Position numbers and translations under genes: made by a program. From the NCBI GenBank assembly GCA_937879955.1, contig CALFMK010000001.1, positions 361,853 through 425,852 on the forward strand: a stretch of DNA of 64,000 nt. Direction: 5' to 3'. Each line of letters begins with the position of its first letter. Within the stretch, counting starts at the first letter, position 1. The DNA is from an uncultured bacterium. Its GTDB lineage: Bacteria > Patescibacteriota > Minisyncoccia > Phycocordibacterales > Phycocordibacteraceae. The notes beneath the pieces are model-generated. The model made no database searches. It had not been told where the DNA came from and saw only the letters and a program-made list of their open reading frames with translations. Shown here piece by piece: positions 8,380 to 17,283 of this stretch.

Positions 8380-9507
8380 ATGAATATCCGCACCGCAGCA
8401 TCCGCACTCTTCGCAGGTCTCCTGCTCTTCGCACCGTCCGTCTCCTTCGCCCAGGACTTCCCTGCCGTTGAGCAGCAGTACCTCGAGAAGGCGAAGGTTA
8501 TCGAGGCGACGCCTTCGGTAGACAAGACCGTTGAAGGCACGAGCGTCGTGACGAAGACGCAGACCCTCACCGTGAAGGTGCTCGAGGGCGTGGACGAGGG
8601 GAAGATCGTCTCCTTCGAGAACGACTACACCCAGCTCGAGACCGGAGACGTGTTCTACGTCCGGCACATCGTGGGTGGGTTCGACCTCGAGACCTGGTCC
8701 GTATCCGACCCGTACCGTCTCGACGTCCTCATCGGCATCGGTGTTATATTCCTCCTCCTGGTATTCCTCTTCGGCGGCATCCAGGGCGTCCGCGGCTTAG
8801 CCTCCCTCGCCGGCTCACTCGTGCTCATCTTCTACGTCCTCCTTCCAGGGATCCACGGCGGCATCTCCCCTATCCTCGTCTCGCTCGGCGTAGCGATGCT
8901 CATAATCGTGGCCGGGTCCTACATCACGCACGGCTTCACCAAGACGACGACCGCCGCCATGCTCGGCATGCTCGCGACCATCGTGATAACAGGGATCGGC
9001 ACCTATATAGCCATCCACATGGCACAGCTCTCCGGATTCACCTCCGACGAGAACGTCTACCTGAACTTCAGCTCGGACGGGACCATCGACATGATCGCGC
9101 TCCTGTTCGGCGGCATCCTGATCGGCCTCCTCGGCGTCCTCTACGACTGCGCCATCGGCCAGGCGGTCGCGGTCGAGGAGCTCTTCGCGGCCAGCAAGGA
9201 CTACACGCGCAGGCAGGTCTACCTACGGGGCCTTCGCATCGGGCGCGAACATATCGGCGCGCTCATCAACACGCTCGCTATCGCGTACGTGGGCGCGTCC
9301 CTCCCGCTCCTCCTCCTTCTCAAGCAGTCCACCGCGAGCCCGCTCTACATCCTCAACGGCGAGGTATTCGCCACGGAAATCATCCGCATCCTCATGAGCG
9401 GCATCGGCATCATCCTCGCCGTTCCCGTAACGACCCTCATCGCCACCACGATGCTGAAGGACGCGAAGCGCTCGGGCATCCCGGCACACTCCCACGCGCA
9501 CGGGTAG
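8380..9507 (+). CDS. YibE/F family membrane protein
   Basis: Signal peptide plus soluble N-domain, followed by about 7 TM helices with a YibE/F-like topology. Confidence 0.55.
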   Translation: MNIRTAASALFAGLLLFAPSVSFAQDFPAVEQQYLEKAKVIEATPSVDKTVEGTSVVTKTQTLTVKVLEGVDEGKIVSFENDYTQLETGDVFYVRHIVGGFDLETWSVSDPYRLDVLIGIGVIFLLLVFLFGGIQGVRGLASLAGSLVLIFYVLLPGIHGGISPILVSLGVAMLIIVAGSYITHGFTKTTTAAMLGMLATIVITGIGTYIAIHMAQLSGFTSDENVYLNFSSDGTIDMIALLFGGILIGLLGVLYDCAIGQAVAVEELFAASKDYTRRQVYLRGLRIGREHIGALINTLAIAYVGASLPLLLLLKQSTASPLYILNGEVFATEIIRILMSGIGIILAVPVTTLIATTMLKDAKRSGIPAHSHAHG

Positions 9508-9556
9508 CGCGATTGACTCCCCTGGCATTTGCTATAGAGTAGGGATAGCTCTATAC

Positions 9557-9569
9557 GCAATTTATTTGC
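9557..9569. promoter_or_regulatory. candidate Fur-family operator box GCAATTTATTTGC (copy 1, upstream of the CDF transporter)
   Basis: A near-palindromic AT-rich 13-mer, identical to a copy at 11947..11959 in the divergent promoter of the Fur-family regulator. Confidence 0.5.
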
Positions 9570-9594
9570 AGGTGCTATCCCGAAGGAGTGACTG

Positions 9595-10236
9595 ATGAAT
9601 ATCACCATGTCCGCAGACCACGCACACGACACCCCGAACAACCGCCATATCCCGATCTATACGTACGTATGGCTCTTGAGCCTGGGCATCGTGTCGCTTG
9701 AGCTCGCCGGATCCTGGTTCTCAGGAAGCCGCGCGCTCCTCGCTGACGTCGGCCACGTCTTGAGCGATACGCTGCTCGCGCTCGTGCCGCTCACGGCAGC
9801 GCTCTTCATGCGCGCGGGCGTGAGCAAGAAGCGCGTCGCGTTCCTGGCGAGCCTGGCGGCGGTCGCACTCCTCGTCTACGTCGGCCTGCACGTCGGTGGC
9901 GAGGCCTGGGAGGCGCTCATGGGCGAGGCGCATCACGAGCACGAGGTGAACGGCCTCATGCTGTTTGCGTTCTCAGGAGCGGCCGCGATCATGAACGTGT
10001 TCCAGCATCGCCTCCTCTCCCGGATCGATCCGGAGCATCACCATGGCGCGCACAAGGGGCTCCACTTCCACGTCCTCATGGATCTCGTGAAGAACCTCGT
10101 GCTCCCGGTGCTCGGTCTCCTCATCGCCTTCGAGCTCCTTCCTGACCACGCGGACCTCTGGGCAGCGCTCGCGATCGGCGGCCTCCTCATCGTCCGCGCG
10201 ATCATCCTGCTCGTGGGTATCCTGAAGCGCCGATAG
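9595..10236 (+). CDS. cation diffusion facilitator (CDF) family metal efflux transporter, TM domain only
   Basis: ALLADVGHVLSD and HGAHKGLHFHVLMDL motifs typical of CzcD/ZitB-type CDF TM helices II and V. It is His-rich and lacks the usual C-terminal cytoplasmic domain. Confidence 0.65.
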   Translation: MNITMSADHAHDTPNNRHIPIYTYVWLLSLGIVSLELAGSWFSGSRALLADVGHVLSDTLLALVPLTAALFMRAGVSKKRVAFLASLAAVALLVYVGLHVGGEAWEALMGEAHHEHEVNGLMLFAFSGAAAIMNVFQHRLLSRIDPEHHHGAHKGLHFHVLMDLVKNLVLPVLGLLIAFELLPDHADLWAALAIGGLLIVRAIILLVGILKRR

Positions 10237-10290
10237 GCACCGCAATGAATAACCCCCGTCGCTATCGCGACGGGGGTTTTATCTATTGCG

Positions 10291-10983
10291 CTACGCTGCG
10301 ACGCGCTCGAGCTTTCGCTCCCGGAGGAACGAGATGCCCGGGGCCGCGAGCGAGCGGAGGTCGGTATCGCGACGCGGGAGCCCGTACAGGATCCCCGCCA
10401 TCTTCTGATACGAGGCGATCTCCGCCCTACCCATGTCGAGGCTCCGATCCGTCCATCCGGCGTCCGAGAACGTCGGGACCCGGACGATCGCCGTACCTGC
10501 GGACTCGGCCAGCGAGCGCAGATGGTTCACCTGCGCGTACGCCGGAGAGCCGAGGATGTCGGCCTCGAAGCCGTCGCTGATGCAGCCGCAGTCGCAGACC
10601 AGGCGCAGCTGCATGCCGAGCTCGTCTCGCAGGACGCGGTCGAGCAGGTCCATGTTCCGCTCGGCGAGCGCCATGGACTCGAAGACCGTATGGAACGCGG
10701 CCATGTCCTCGGTCTGCACCCGCTCGAGCGTATCGAGGTCGAGTGCCGAGAACGGCATCATGGCCCACGGGTACATCCCGTGATCGCGGTGCTTGGCCCG
10801 GTCCATCATCTCGAGCACGGCGATGAGGACCGCCGGCTGCGGGACGTGATGGTCGGTGATGGCCGTCACGATCGAATCGATGGCCTTCGTCCCGAGGCAC
10901 TTCTGGTAGCGTGCGGCGATGAGCGGCACGTCGTCCGCGTGGAGCGGACGGTCGTAGGACGTTCCGGTAGCTGCATGGCACAT
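10291..10983 (-). CDS. hypothetical protein with CDCGC cysteine motif (possible metallocentre protein or assembly partner)
   Basis: Start chosen at the first Met after the 17-bp palindrome (alternative start at 11085). No recognisable family. Conserved-looking LVCDCGCISDGFEAD and HH/HRDH motifs. Downstream of the CooC-like ATPase on the same strand. Confidence 0.45.
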   Translation of the reverse strand: MCHAATGTSYDRPLHADDVPLIAARYQKCLGTKAIDSIVTAITDHHVPQPAVLIAVLEMMDRAKHRDHGMYPWAMMPFSALDLDTLERVQTEDMAAFHTVFESMALAERNMDLLDRVLRDELGMQLRLVCDCGCISDGFEADILGSPAYAQVNHLRSLAESAGTAIVRVPTFSDAGWTDRSLDMGRAEIASYQKMAGILYGLPRRDTDLRSLAAPGISFLRERKLERVAA

Positions 10984-11032
10984 GGCCAGCTCCTTATGGC
11001 TGCGTGAAAGGACAATGATGGCGCTGATGCAT

Positions 11033-11079
11033 CCATCGCCCGCGCCTCCTCGCTCTATACGCGGAGGCGCGGGCGATGG
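11033..11079. repeat. 17-bp perfect inverted repeat (CCATCGCCCGCGCCTCC / GGAGGCGCGGGCGATGG) with 13-nt loop
   Basis: Seen directly in the sequence. It lies between the CooC-like gene stop and the next gene start on the minus strand. There is no T-run, so it is not a canonical terminator. Confidence 0.7.
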
Positions 11080-11087
11080 GAACATCG

Positions 11088-11942
11088 CTAGAGCTTCGCC
11101 TTCTGTCGCTCCTCTTCGAACGCGCGCAGGCGCGCGAGCGTATCTTTCCCGTCTGCAGCCTTCTCCCGCAGGGTCGCGAGCATGGCCGTGCCTGCTGCGC
11201 GCGTCTCCTCGGAAAGGGCGGACATATCGTACGCGAGGAGCCCCGGATCGGCCGGGAGGCGACCGACGATACGGTCGCCCCACTCAGCATCGATCGCTTC
11301 CGTGAGCTCGGTCGCGCCCTGGACCTTGTTCACGACGACATAGAGCGGAAGTCCGGTGCGGTCGGCTATGCCCGCGACCTGCGCGAGCACGCGGATGCTG
11401 TTGCCATGCGGCTCGACCACCACGACCACGGCGTCCGCGCCGAGGAAGAGCCCGAAGTTCATCATGTCCGCGCCCGCGACGCCGTCGATGATCACGTCAG
11501 CACTGTTCCCTTCATCGAGGAGCGGGAGATAGTACTTGAGCGCGGCCGAATGCCCGTGCGCGCAGCGATCCGAGAACAGCACGTCCTCGCTACCGAGCCC
11601 GACCGCGATAAGGTCGACATTGTCCGAGACCGGCATGGAGACCTCGTCCGTGTACGGGTCCTTCGGCGACACCGTGAATGTCGGGAGTGCGCGGCCGTCG
11701 AGGACGATATCCTGCCAGCGTCGGTCCTCCCTCTGCCCCACCATCGCGCGGAACTCGTCATGACGGCGATGCATCGTCGGCGTCTCGCTCGTGACCGTAG
11801 CGCCGAGCAGGGACGCGAGGTCCATATTGTGGTCTGCATCGATGGCCAGGACCTTCCGTCCCTGTTCCTCGAGCAGCCGCGTTACGAGCCAGCTCACCGT
11901 ACTCTTCCCGCTCCCTCCCTTCCCGATGAATGCCAGTTTCAT
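11088..11942 (-). CDS. CooC/MinD-ParA-type P-loop ATPase (putative metallocentre insertion ATPase)
   Basis: Deviant Walker A (GKGGSGKST) then VLAIDADHNMDLASLLG, matching CooC-family nickel-insertion ATPases. Confidence 0.6.
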   Translation of the reverse strand: MKLAFIGKGGSGKSTVSWLVTRLLEEQGRKVLAIDADHNMDLASLLGATVTSETPTMHRRHDEFRAMVGQREDRRWQDIVLDGRALPTFTVSPKDPYTDEVSMPVSDNVDLIAVGLGSEDVLFSDRCAHGHSAALKYYLPLLDEGNSADVIIDGVAGADMMNFGLFLGADAVVVVVEPHGNSIRVLAQVAGIADRTGLPLYVVVNKVQGATELTEAIDAEWGDRIVGRLPADPGLLAYDMSALSEETRAAGTAMLATLREKAADGKDTLARLRAFEEERQKAKL

Positions 11943-11946
11943 ATAT

Positions 11947-11959
11947 GCAATTTATTTGC
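11947..11959. promoter_or_regulatory. candidate Fur-family operator box GCAATTTATTTGC (copy 2, divergent promoter between the CooC-like gene and the Fur-family gene)
   Basis: Identical 13-mer to 9557..9569, and the flanks also agree (ATA.GCAATTTATTTGC). Confidence 0.5.
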
Positions 11960-12015
11960 GTTTACTATACAGGGGAGGGGAAGTAATTGCAAACGGCTTG
12001 CGTTTGTTCCATACT

Positions 12016-12444
12016 ATGTCCATGAAAGCCACCGCGATCGATCCTGCGTCCCTCCTGCGCGAGGCCGGGCTCCGTGTCACCCCGGGCCGCCTCGAGCTCC
12101 TCAGCATCCTCGCGAGAGAGCCCAAGCCCCTCGCCGTCCACCAGATCGAGAAGAAGATGAAGGGCGCGCTCAACCAGGTCACGCTCTACCGCGCACTCGA
12201 GGCGCTCGAGAAGGCCGGCATCGTCTCGCGCGTGAACCTCGAGCACGACCACGCGCACTTCGAGCTCTCCGTAGGCCGTCCGCACCACCATCACGCGGTC
12301 TGCCGCGCCTGCGGGCTCGTGGAGGATATCGAGGTACCGCATGCGGCCCTGCCCCAGAAGGAAGCGGCGAAACAAGCGAAGGCGTTCGCGTCCATAGACC
12401 GCTACTCTCTCGAGTTCTTCGGCCTCTGCCGCGGCTGCGCGTAG
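12016..12444 (+). CDS. Fur-family metalloregulator (Fur/Zur/PerR-like)
   Basis: Winged-helix N-domain (LRVTPGRLELLSILA...VTLYRAL) and a C-terminal metal site (HHHHAVCRACG...CRGC). Start set at the first ATG after the divergent promoter. Confidence 0.75.
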   Translation: MSMKATAIDPASLLREAGLRVTPGRLELLSILAREPKPLAVHQIEKKMKGALNQVTLYRALEALEKAGIVSRVNLEHDHAHFELSVGRPHHHHAVCRACGLVEDIEVPHAALPQKEAAKQAKAFASIDRYSLEFFGLCRGCA

Positions 12445-12559
12445 ACGTTCGCGAATCCCCACCGCTTCCCCACGCCGGGGCGCATTCTGCTACACTACTT
12501 CATGAAGATAAGGTGAGGCGCGCGTCTTGTCACCGTTACCTGCTAGCACCTAATCACCC

Positions 12560-13228
12560 ATGAGAATCCTAGTGATCGAGGACGAAGAGAAGATCTCCCG
12601 CTTCCTGCGGGACTCGTTCGAGGCCGAGTACTTCGCGGTAGACGTCGCGGAAGACGGCGAGCGCGGCTCTCTCTTCGCCCGCACCAACGAGTACGACCTC
12701 GTCGTGCTCGACAACATGCTCCCGAAGAAGGACGGCCTTCAGGTCTGCGAAGAGATCCGTGCAGCCGGGAAGACCATGCCCATCCTCGTCGTATCGGTGA
12801 AGACCGACGCGATGGACAAGGTCGACCTCCTGAACGCGGGCGCCGACGACTACCTCGCGAAGCCCTTCGTTCTCGAGGAGCTCCTCGCCCGCGCCCGCGC
12901 GCTCATGCGCCGCCCCGTCTCCATTGAGAGCGACGTGCTCACGGTCGAGGACATCACGCTCGATACCACGAGCGGCACCGCCAAGCGCGGCGACCGCGAC
13001 CTCGGACTCACCCGCAAGGAGTACATGCTCCTCCAGTACCTGATGCGCAACGAAGGCATCGTGCTCTCTCGCGGCATGATCCTGGAGCACGTGTGGGACA
13101 TGAGCGTGGACATCTTCTCGAACACCATCGAGTCTCACATCCTCTCGCTCCGCAAGAAGCTCAACGACATGGGACGCGAGCGCCTCATACAGACCGTATC
13201 GGGCCGAGGCTATCGCATCGGCGTCTAA
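12560..13228 (+). CDS. OmpR/PhoB-family response regulator
   Basis: Receiver domain (VIEDEE, DLVVLD, K-105 region) plus a C-terminal winged-helix (ILSLRKKL...SGRGYRIG). Confidence 0.85.
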   Translation: MRILVIEDEEKISRFLRDSFEAEYFAVDVAEDGERGSLFARTNEYDLVVLDNMLPKKDGLQVCEEIRAAGKTMPILVVSVKTDAMDKVDLLNAGADDYLAKPFVLEELLARARALMRRPVSIESDVLTVEDITLDTTSGTAKRGDRDLGLTRKEYMLLQYLMRNEGIVLSRGMILEHVWDMSVDIFSNTIESHILSLRKKLNDMGRERLIQTVSGRGYRIGV

Positions 13229-13374
13229 CCCATCGGTACGAGAATGCGCCTGCCGGCACATCGCTGGCAGGCGTTTTCGTATGTATGCACTCACCCGTGA
13301 CTTTATCTTTTTTCTAGATTTTCTTTATAAAAAATTTATCTCTTTGTTATGTTCTCTTCAGTATCTTCATACCT

Positions 13375-14064
13375 ATGAAGAACACAGGGACACTCGCGTT
13401 CGGCGACATGCGCGATGCTACGGTGCGCACGCGCGCCGAGATAGGGTTCGACGAGCGGGATACCTGGCGCGACGCGTCAGCCACGTTCACGGATCATACC
13501 CTCACGATCCAAGGTCACCCGGTGATGGAAGACTGGGAGGAGGGGTACATGAAGCGCCTCGCGCACATCTGCGCGGCGCAAGGCGGAACCGTCCTCGAGG
13601 TAGGATTCGGCATGGGCATCTCGGCGCGCCACATTCAGCGGCATCCTATAGACCGGCACATCGTGATAGAGGCGAACTGGGACGTCTTCGAGCAGCTCGT
13701 CTCGTTCGCGAAGTCCGCTGCGCATCCGGTCTCTCCCCTCTTCGGGTTCTGGGAGGACACGACCGCCCTGCTTCCGGACGCGAGCGTCTCCGGCATCCTC
13801 TTCGATACCTATCCGCTCACAGAGGAGGAGATACACAGGAACCACTTCCCGTTCTTCAAGGAGGCGCATCGTCTCCTGCGCCCTGGCGGCGTACTCACCT
13901 ACTACTCAGACGAGATCGACCGCTTCTCTGCAATGCATCGCTCCCTGCTCGAAGAGGCCGGGTTCTCCGACATACAGGGAGAGATATTCCCGGTCACGCC
14001 GCCCGCGGACTGCCAGTACTGGAAGAGCGCGACGATACTCGCCCCTATCGTACGAAAATCATGA
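13375..14064 (+). CDS. guanidinoacetate N-methyltransferase (GAMT)-like class I SAM-dependent methyltransferase
   Basis: Matches eukaryotic GAMT along the whole length (HPVMEDWEEGYM; GGTVLEVGFGMGIS; ILFDTYPLTEE; PPADCQYW; C-terminal APIVRKS). Confidence 0.7.
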   Translation: MKNTGTLAFGDMRDATVRTRAEIGFDERDTWRDASATFTDHTLTIQGHPVMEDWEEGYMKRLAHICAAQGGTVLEVGFGMGISARHIQRHPIDRHIVIEANWDVFEQLVSFAKSAAHPVSPLFGFWEDTTALLPDASVSGILFDTYPLTEEEIHRNHFPFFKEAHRLLRPGGVLTYYSDEIDRFSAMHRSLLEEAGFSDIQGEIFPVTPPADCQYWKSATILAPIVRKS

Positions 14065-14474
14065 CTACACTCCCGAAAGGCGCATATGGACTCCTGCTCG
14101 CGTTCGACGGCTACGATGCCTCGAGCGAACGGTGCGCCGATGTCGACCTGCTGCGCTCGGTCCTGCTCGAGCTTCCCGAGACCATAGGCATGCGCAGGCT
14201 CGGCGAGCCGCACACGGTATCCGTCGACGAGCCAGGCATCTCCGGGCTCTCCGGATTCACGTTCATCATGGAGTCGCACATAAGCATCCATACGTATTCC
14301 GAGCGCGGATTCGTCACGGCGGACATCTATTCCTGCAAGTGGTTCGACGCCGACGTGGCGGCGCGCTTCCTCGCCGACGCGTTCGCGATACCCTCCTATG
14401 AGACCAGCCATGTCGTCCGCGGCCTTCGTTTCGACAAGCTCCCGATCGCTTCAGGGGCGCGCGAGCGTCCCTGA
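14061..14474 (+). CDS. speH: class 1b pyruvoyl-dependent AdoMet-decarboxylase-like proenzyme (SpeH-like, which could equally be an Arg/Orn decarboxylase)
   Basis: The self-cleavage motif FIMESHISIHTYSE (ES-H-S) is present. ATGA overlap with the upstream methyltransferase. Confidence 0.75.
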   Translation: MTTLPKGAYGLLLAFDGYDASSERCADVDLLRSVLLELPETIGMRRLGEPHTVSVDEPGISGLSGFTFIMESHISIHTYSERGFVTADIYSCKWFDADVAARFLADAFAIPSYETSHVVRGLRFDKLPIASGARERP

Positions 14475-14485
14475 ATAACTGTTCT

Positions 14486-15235
14486 TTGACCAACTGGGAG
14501 AGTGCTATGACATCAGCGATACAGGTACGGAACGTCGAGAGGAAAGACCTGGCGACGCTCGCTCAACTAGAGACTGCCGTATGGACGGGCCTCGGCACGC
14601 CCATCCTTACGGAGAGCGTACTGACTGAATGGTTCGACGACGGGTCGCCGTTCTTCTTCATCGCGGAATTGGACGGCGTACCCTGCGGCTACTACTTCGG
14701 ACGCCGCATACGGTTCTCGATGGAAGAGCACCGCGCGTTCTTCAACCCTGCGCTCATGACGGGCCAAGGATGGAGCGCGCACCCGCATGTCCCTGACGGG
14801 AACTGCCTGTATGGGATCAATATCGTTTCCACCATACGAGGATCGGGACGGGCCCTGTACCAGGCCGTGCATGACCTACTCGAGGTGATGGGTCTCGATT
14901 ATTCGGTTGGCATCACGCGCCTCTCGGGCCTCGACGCCTATCTCTCTGGCATCGAGGCCAGAAACGGCGGGATCCTTCCATACGAGCAGGATGCGATCGC
15001 GCTCTGGTACGCGCACGAGAGCGCCGAGCGTCTCGGGCTTCGTTCCTGGAGCGAATGCCAGGCGAAGCCGGAGCTCGAAGGGCTGCCAGCACTCGAGAAT
15101 CCTGACCCCGTGCTAGCATTCCATGTACAAGGCACGACGTTCGGGATCCTCGGCATCCTTCCGGGATATATCGTTCCGGACCCGGAGAGCCGGGACTACG
15201 GAGCGACGATCGTATCCGCCTTCCCTCACCGATAA
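14486..15235 (+). CDS. GNAT-family N-acetyltransferase
   Basis: Motif A R/Q-x-x-G-x-G/A is present (TIRGSGRALYQ), with a beta-alpha architecture typical of GNAT. Confidence 0.55.
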   Translation: MTNWESAMTSAIQVRNVERKDLATLAQLETAVWTGLGTPILTESVLTEWFDDGSPFFFIAELDGVPCGYYFGRRIRFSMEEHRAFFNPALMTGQGWSAHPHVPDGNCLYGINIVSTIRGSGRALYQAVHDLLEVMGLDYSVGITRLSGLDAYLSGIEARNGGILPYEQDAIALWYAHESAERLGLRSWSECQAKPELEGLPALENPDPVLAFHVQGTTFGILGILPGYIVPDPESRDYGATIVSAFPHR

Positions 15236-15238
15236 GCC

Positions 15239-17227
15239 ATGTTCGCATTCACCTACGCAGCTGCCATATTAGCGACCGCATTCGCGGTTGCGGCAGCTGC
15301 TCTTCTTTTCAGGAGACGACGCATGCTCGACCTCGCGCTCGCGGCATATCTCTTCTCCGGGACGCTCTGGATAGGCGGGAACGCGGCAGCTGACATTTCC
15401 TACGTACCCTGGTTCCTCGTGCTCTCGAGCCAGATCGCCTTCTTCGGCGGCATCCTCAATCTCTTCTGCTTCATCCTGCTCGTGGACCTGCTCCTCGACA
15501 ACGCGTTCCCGCCATGGCGCAGGCTGTTCCTCTACGGCATACCGTGCCTCGTCCTTGCCGTATTCGGCTTCTCGCCGTACGGGATCGTGAGCATGTCCTT
15601 CCCGGCCGGCATGCCCGCGCAGATCGTCCCGGGCGTGATCTACTCGTTCGCGCTCGTCTTCTACATCGCGGGCCTGGCGTACGGCCTCATACGCCTGTGC
15701 CGCAGCCTTTCCCGCGAGTACGACCAGCTCCGCCGCACCCAGCTCCTCTACGTCCTCATCGGCCTCATCCTCACCATGACCGGGCAGGTGGTCTTCGACG
15801 TGATCCTGCCGCTCCTTGGCGAGCTACGCTTCTATACGGTAGGTCCGCTCACTTCGGTATTCTTCGGCTTCGGGTGCGCGTACGCGATCGCGCGGCATCA
15901 TCTCCTCGATATACGCATCGTGGCGCAGCGCGGCCTCATCTATTCCGTCCTGCTCGCCGGGATCGTCGGGCTCTATGTCGGGCTCGTGATGATGATGAGC
16001 CTCGTGCTGAGCGACTCGACCAGCGCGAGCATCTTCTTCTCGGCAGGTATCACGGTCGTCGCAGGCATCTTCGGTGCGCCCGCCGTCGAGCGGTATTTCC
16101 GGAAAGCGACCGACCGCTTCTTCTTCAAGGATATCTATGACTACGGCGCCGCGCTGCACACGCTCTCGAGCGTGCTGCACGCGAACGTCGCCTTCGCGGA
16201 CCTCGTGCGCGAATCGGAATCTGCGCTCCGTGAGATCCTCCGCGCCACCTACGTGCACGTCACGCTCGGCAGCTCCACAAGGAACGCGCCTGCGAAAGAC
16301 GCGTCCTTACGCATCCCGATCGAGCTCGATGGGGATGATATCGGCTGCATCTATATAGGAGAGAAGCGTTCAGGCGACCCCTACTCCCCCGAGGACATCC
16401 AGCTGCTCGAGACGTTCGCGTACCAGGCCGCGACCGCGCTCTCCCGCGCGCAGCTCCATGCGGAGGCGGAGCAGCATGCGGCAGCCCTCGAGACGAAGGT
16501 ACGCGAGCGCACCCGCGAGCTCTCCGAGGCCCATGACCGCGAGCGCCAGATGATAAATGACATATCGCACAACCTGCAGACCCCGCTGACCGTGCTCCAG
16601 ACGAAGCTTGACCAGCTCAAGCCCACCATGAAGGACGCGGCGGAGATCCGCTCCTTCGAGCAGTCTCTCGCCGGCTTCTCCGCGTTCGTGTACGACCTCC
16701 TCGCGCTCGCCCGCCTCGAGGGCGGCAGGAAGCCCGAGTTCGAGCCGGTCTCCTTGAGCGCGCTCCTGCGCGACCTCGCCGAAGAGGTTGAGACGATCGC
16801 CGCGGATCGCGGCATCAGCGTGAAAAGAGACATCGCGAACGGCATGCGCGTGTCAGGCGACGAGCGCAGGCTCCGCGAGGCGTTCATGAACGTCGCGAGC
16901 AACGCGCTCAAGTACATGCGCGAGAGAGGCGAACGGCTCGTATCGCTCGTCGCGCATGCCGAGGACGGCATGGCCGTCGTCACGATTAAGGATACGGGTA
17001 TCGGGATCGCGAAGAGCGACCTTCCTCATGTGTTCGAGCGCTTCTATCGCGGCAAGGAGACACCGAAGGAGATGAAAGGCACGGGCCTCGGCCTCCCTAT
17101 CTCGAAGCTCATCGTCGAGCAGCACGGAGGCACTATCGCGGCCGAGAGCGAGCCCGGAGCCGGTACCATCATAGAGATACGGCTCCCGCTCATGCACGGC
17201 CAGGAGCGCTCCAGCCTCACCGACTAG
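15239..17227 (+). CDS. sensor histidine kinase with multi-TM (about 7 helices) N-terminal sensor domain
   Basis: H-box HNLQTPLTV and HATPase_c N/G boxes (NALKYM, DTGIGI, GTGLGLPISK) are present, and the N-terminal 280 aa are hydrophobic. Confidence 0.85.
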   Translation: MFAFTYAAAILATAFAVAAAALLFRRRRMLDLALAAYLFSGTLWIGGNAAADISYVPWFLVLSSQIAFFGGILNLFCFILLVDLLLDNAFPPWRRLFLYGIPCLVLAVFGFSPYGIVSMSFPAGMPAQIVPGVIYSFALVFYIAGLAYGLIRLCRSLSREYDQLRRTQLLYVLIGLILTMTGQVVFDVILPLLGELRFYTVGPLTSVFFGFGCAYAIARHHLLDIRIVAQRGLIYSVLLAGIVGLYVGLVMMMSLVLSDSTSASIFFSAGITVVAGIFGAPAVERYFRKATDRFFFKDIYDYGAALHTLSSVLHANVAFADLVRESESALREILRATYVHVTLGSSTRNAPAKDASLRIPIELDGDDIGCIYIGEKRSGDPYSPEDIQLLETFAYQAATALSRAQLHAEAEQHAAALETKVRERTRELSEAHDRERQMINDISHNLQTPLTVLQTKLDQLKPTMKDAAEIRSFEQSLAGFSAFVYDLLALARLEGGRKPEFEPVSLSALLRDLAEEVETIAADRGISVKRDIANGMRVSGDERRLREAFMNVASNALKYMRERGERLVSLVAHAEDGMAVVTIKDTGIGIAKSDLPHVFERFYRGKETPKEMKGTGLGLPISKLIVEQHGGTIAAESEPGAGTIIEIRLPLMHGQERSSLTD

Positions 17228-17283
17228 CGCTGCTTCCTCTGCGTGCGAGCCATCGATATAATCAGCAAAGACCGCCCCATCCG

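Noticed and set aside
11076-12563. 495-aa plus-strand ORF spanning the CooC-like gene and the Fur-family gene
   Set aside because: It is in a different frame from the Fur-family gene and antisense to the CooC-like gene. Its product is an Arg/Pro/Ala-rich low-complexity sequence.
13281-14474. 397-aa ORF covering the GAMT-like gene region
   Set aside because: Only its last 137 codons (14061..14474) correspond to the SpeH-like gene. The upstream part overlaps the GAMT-like gene in another frame and is Arg-rich junk.
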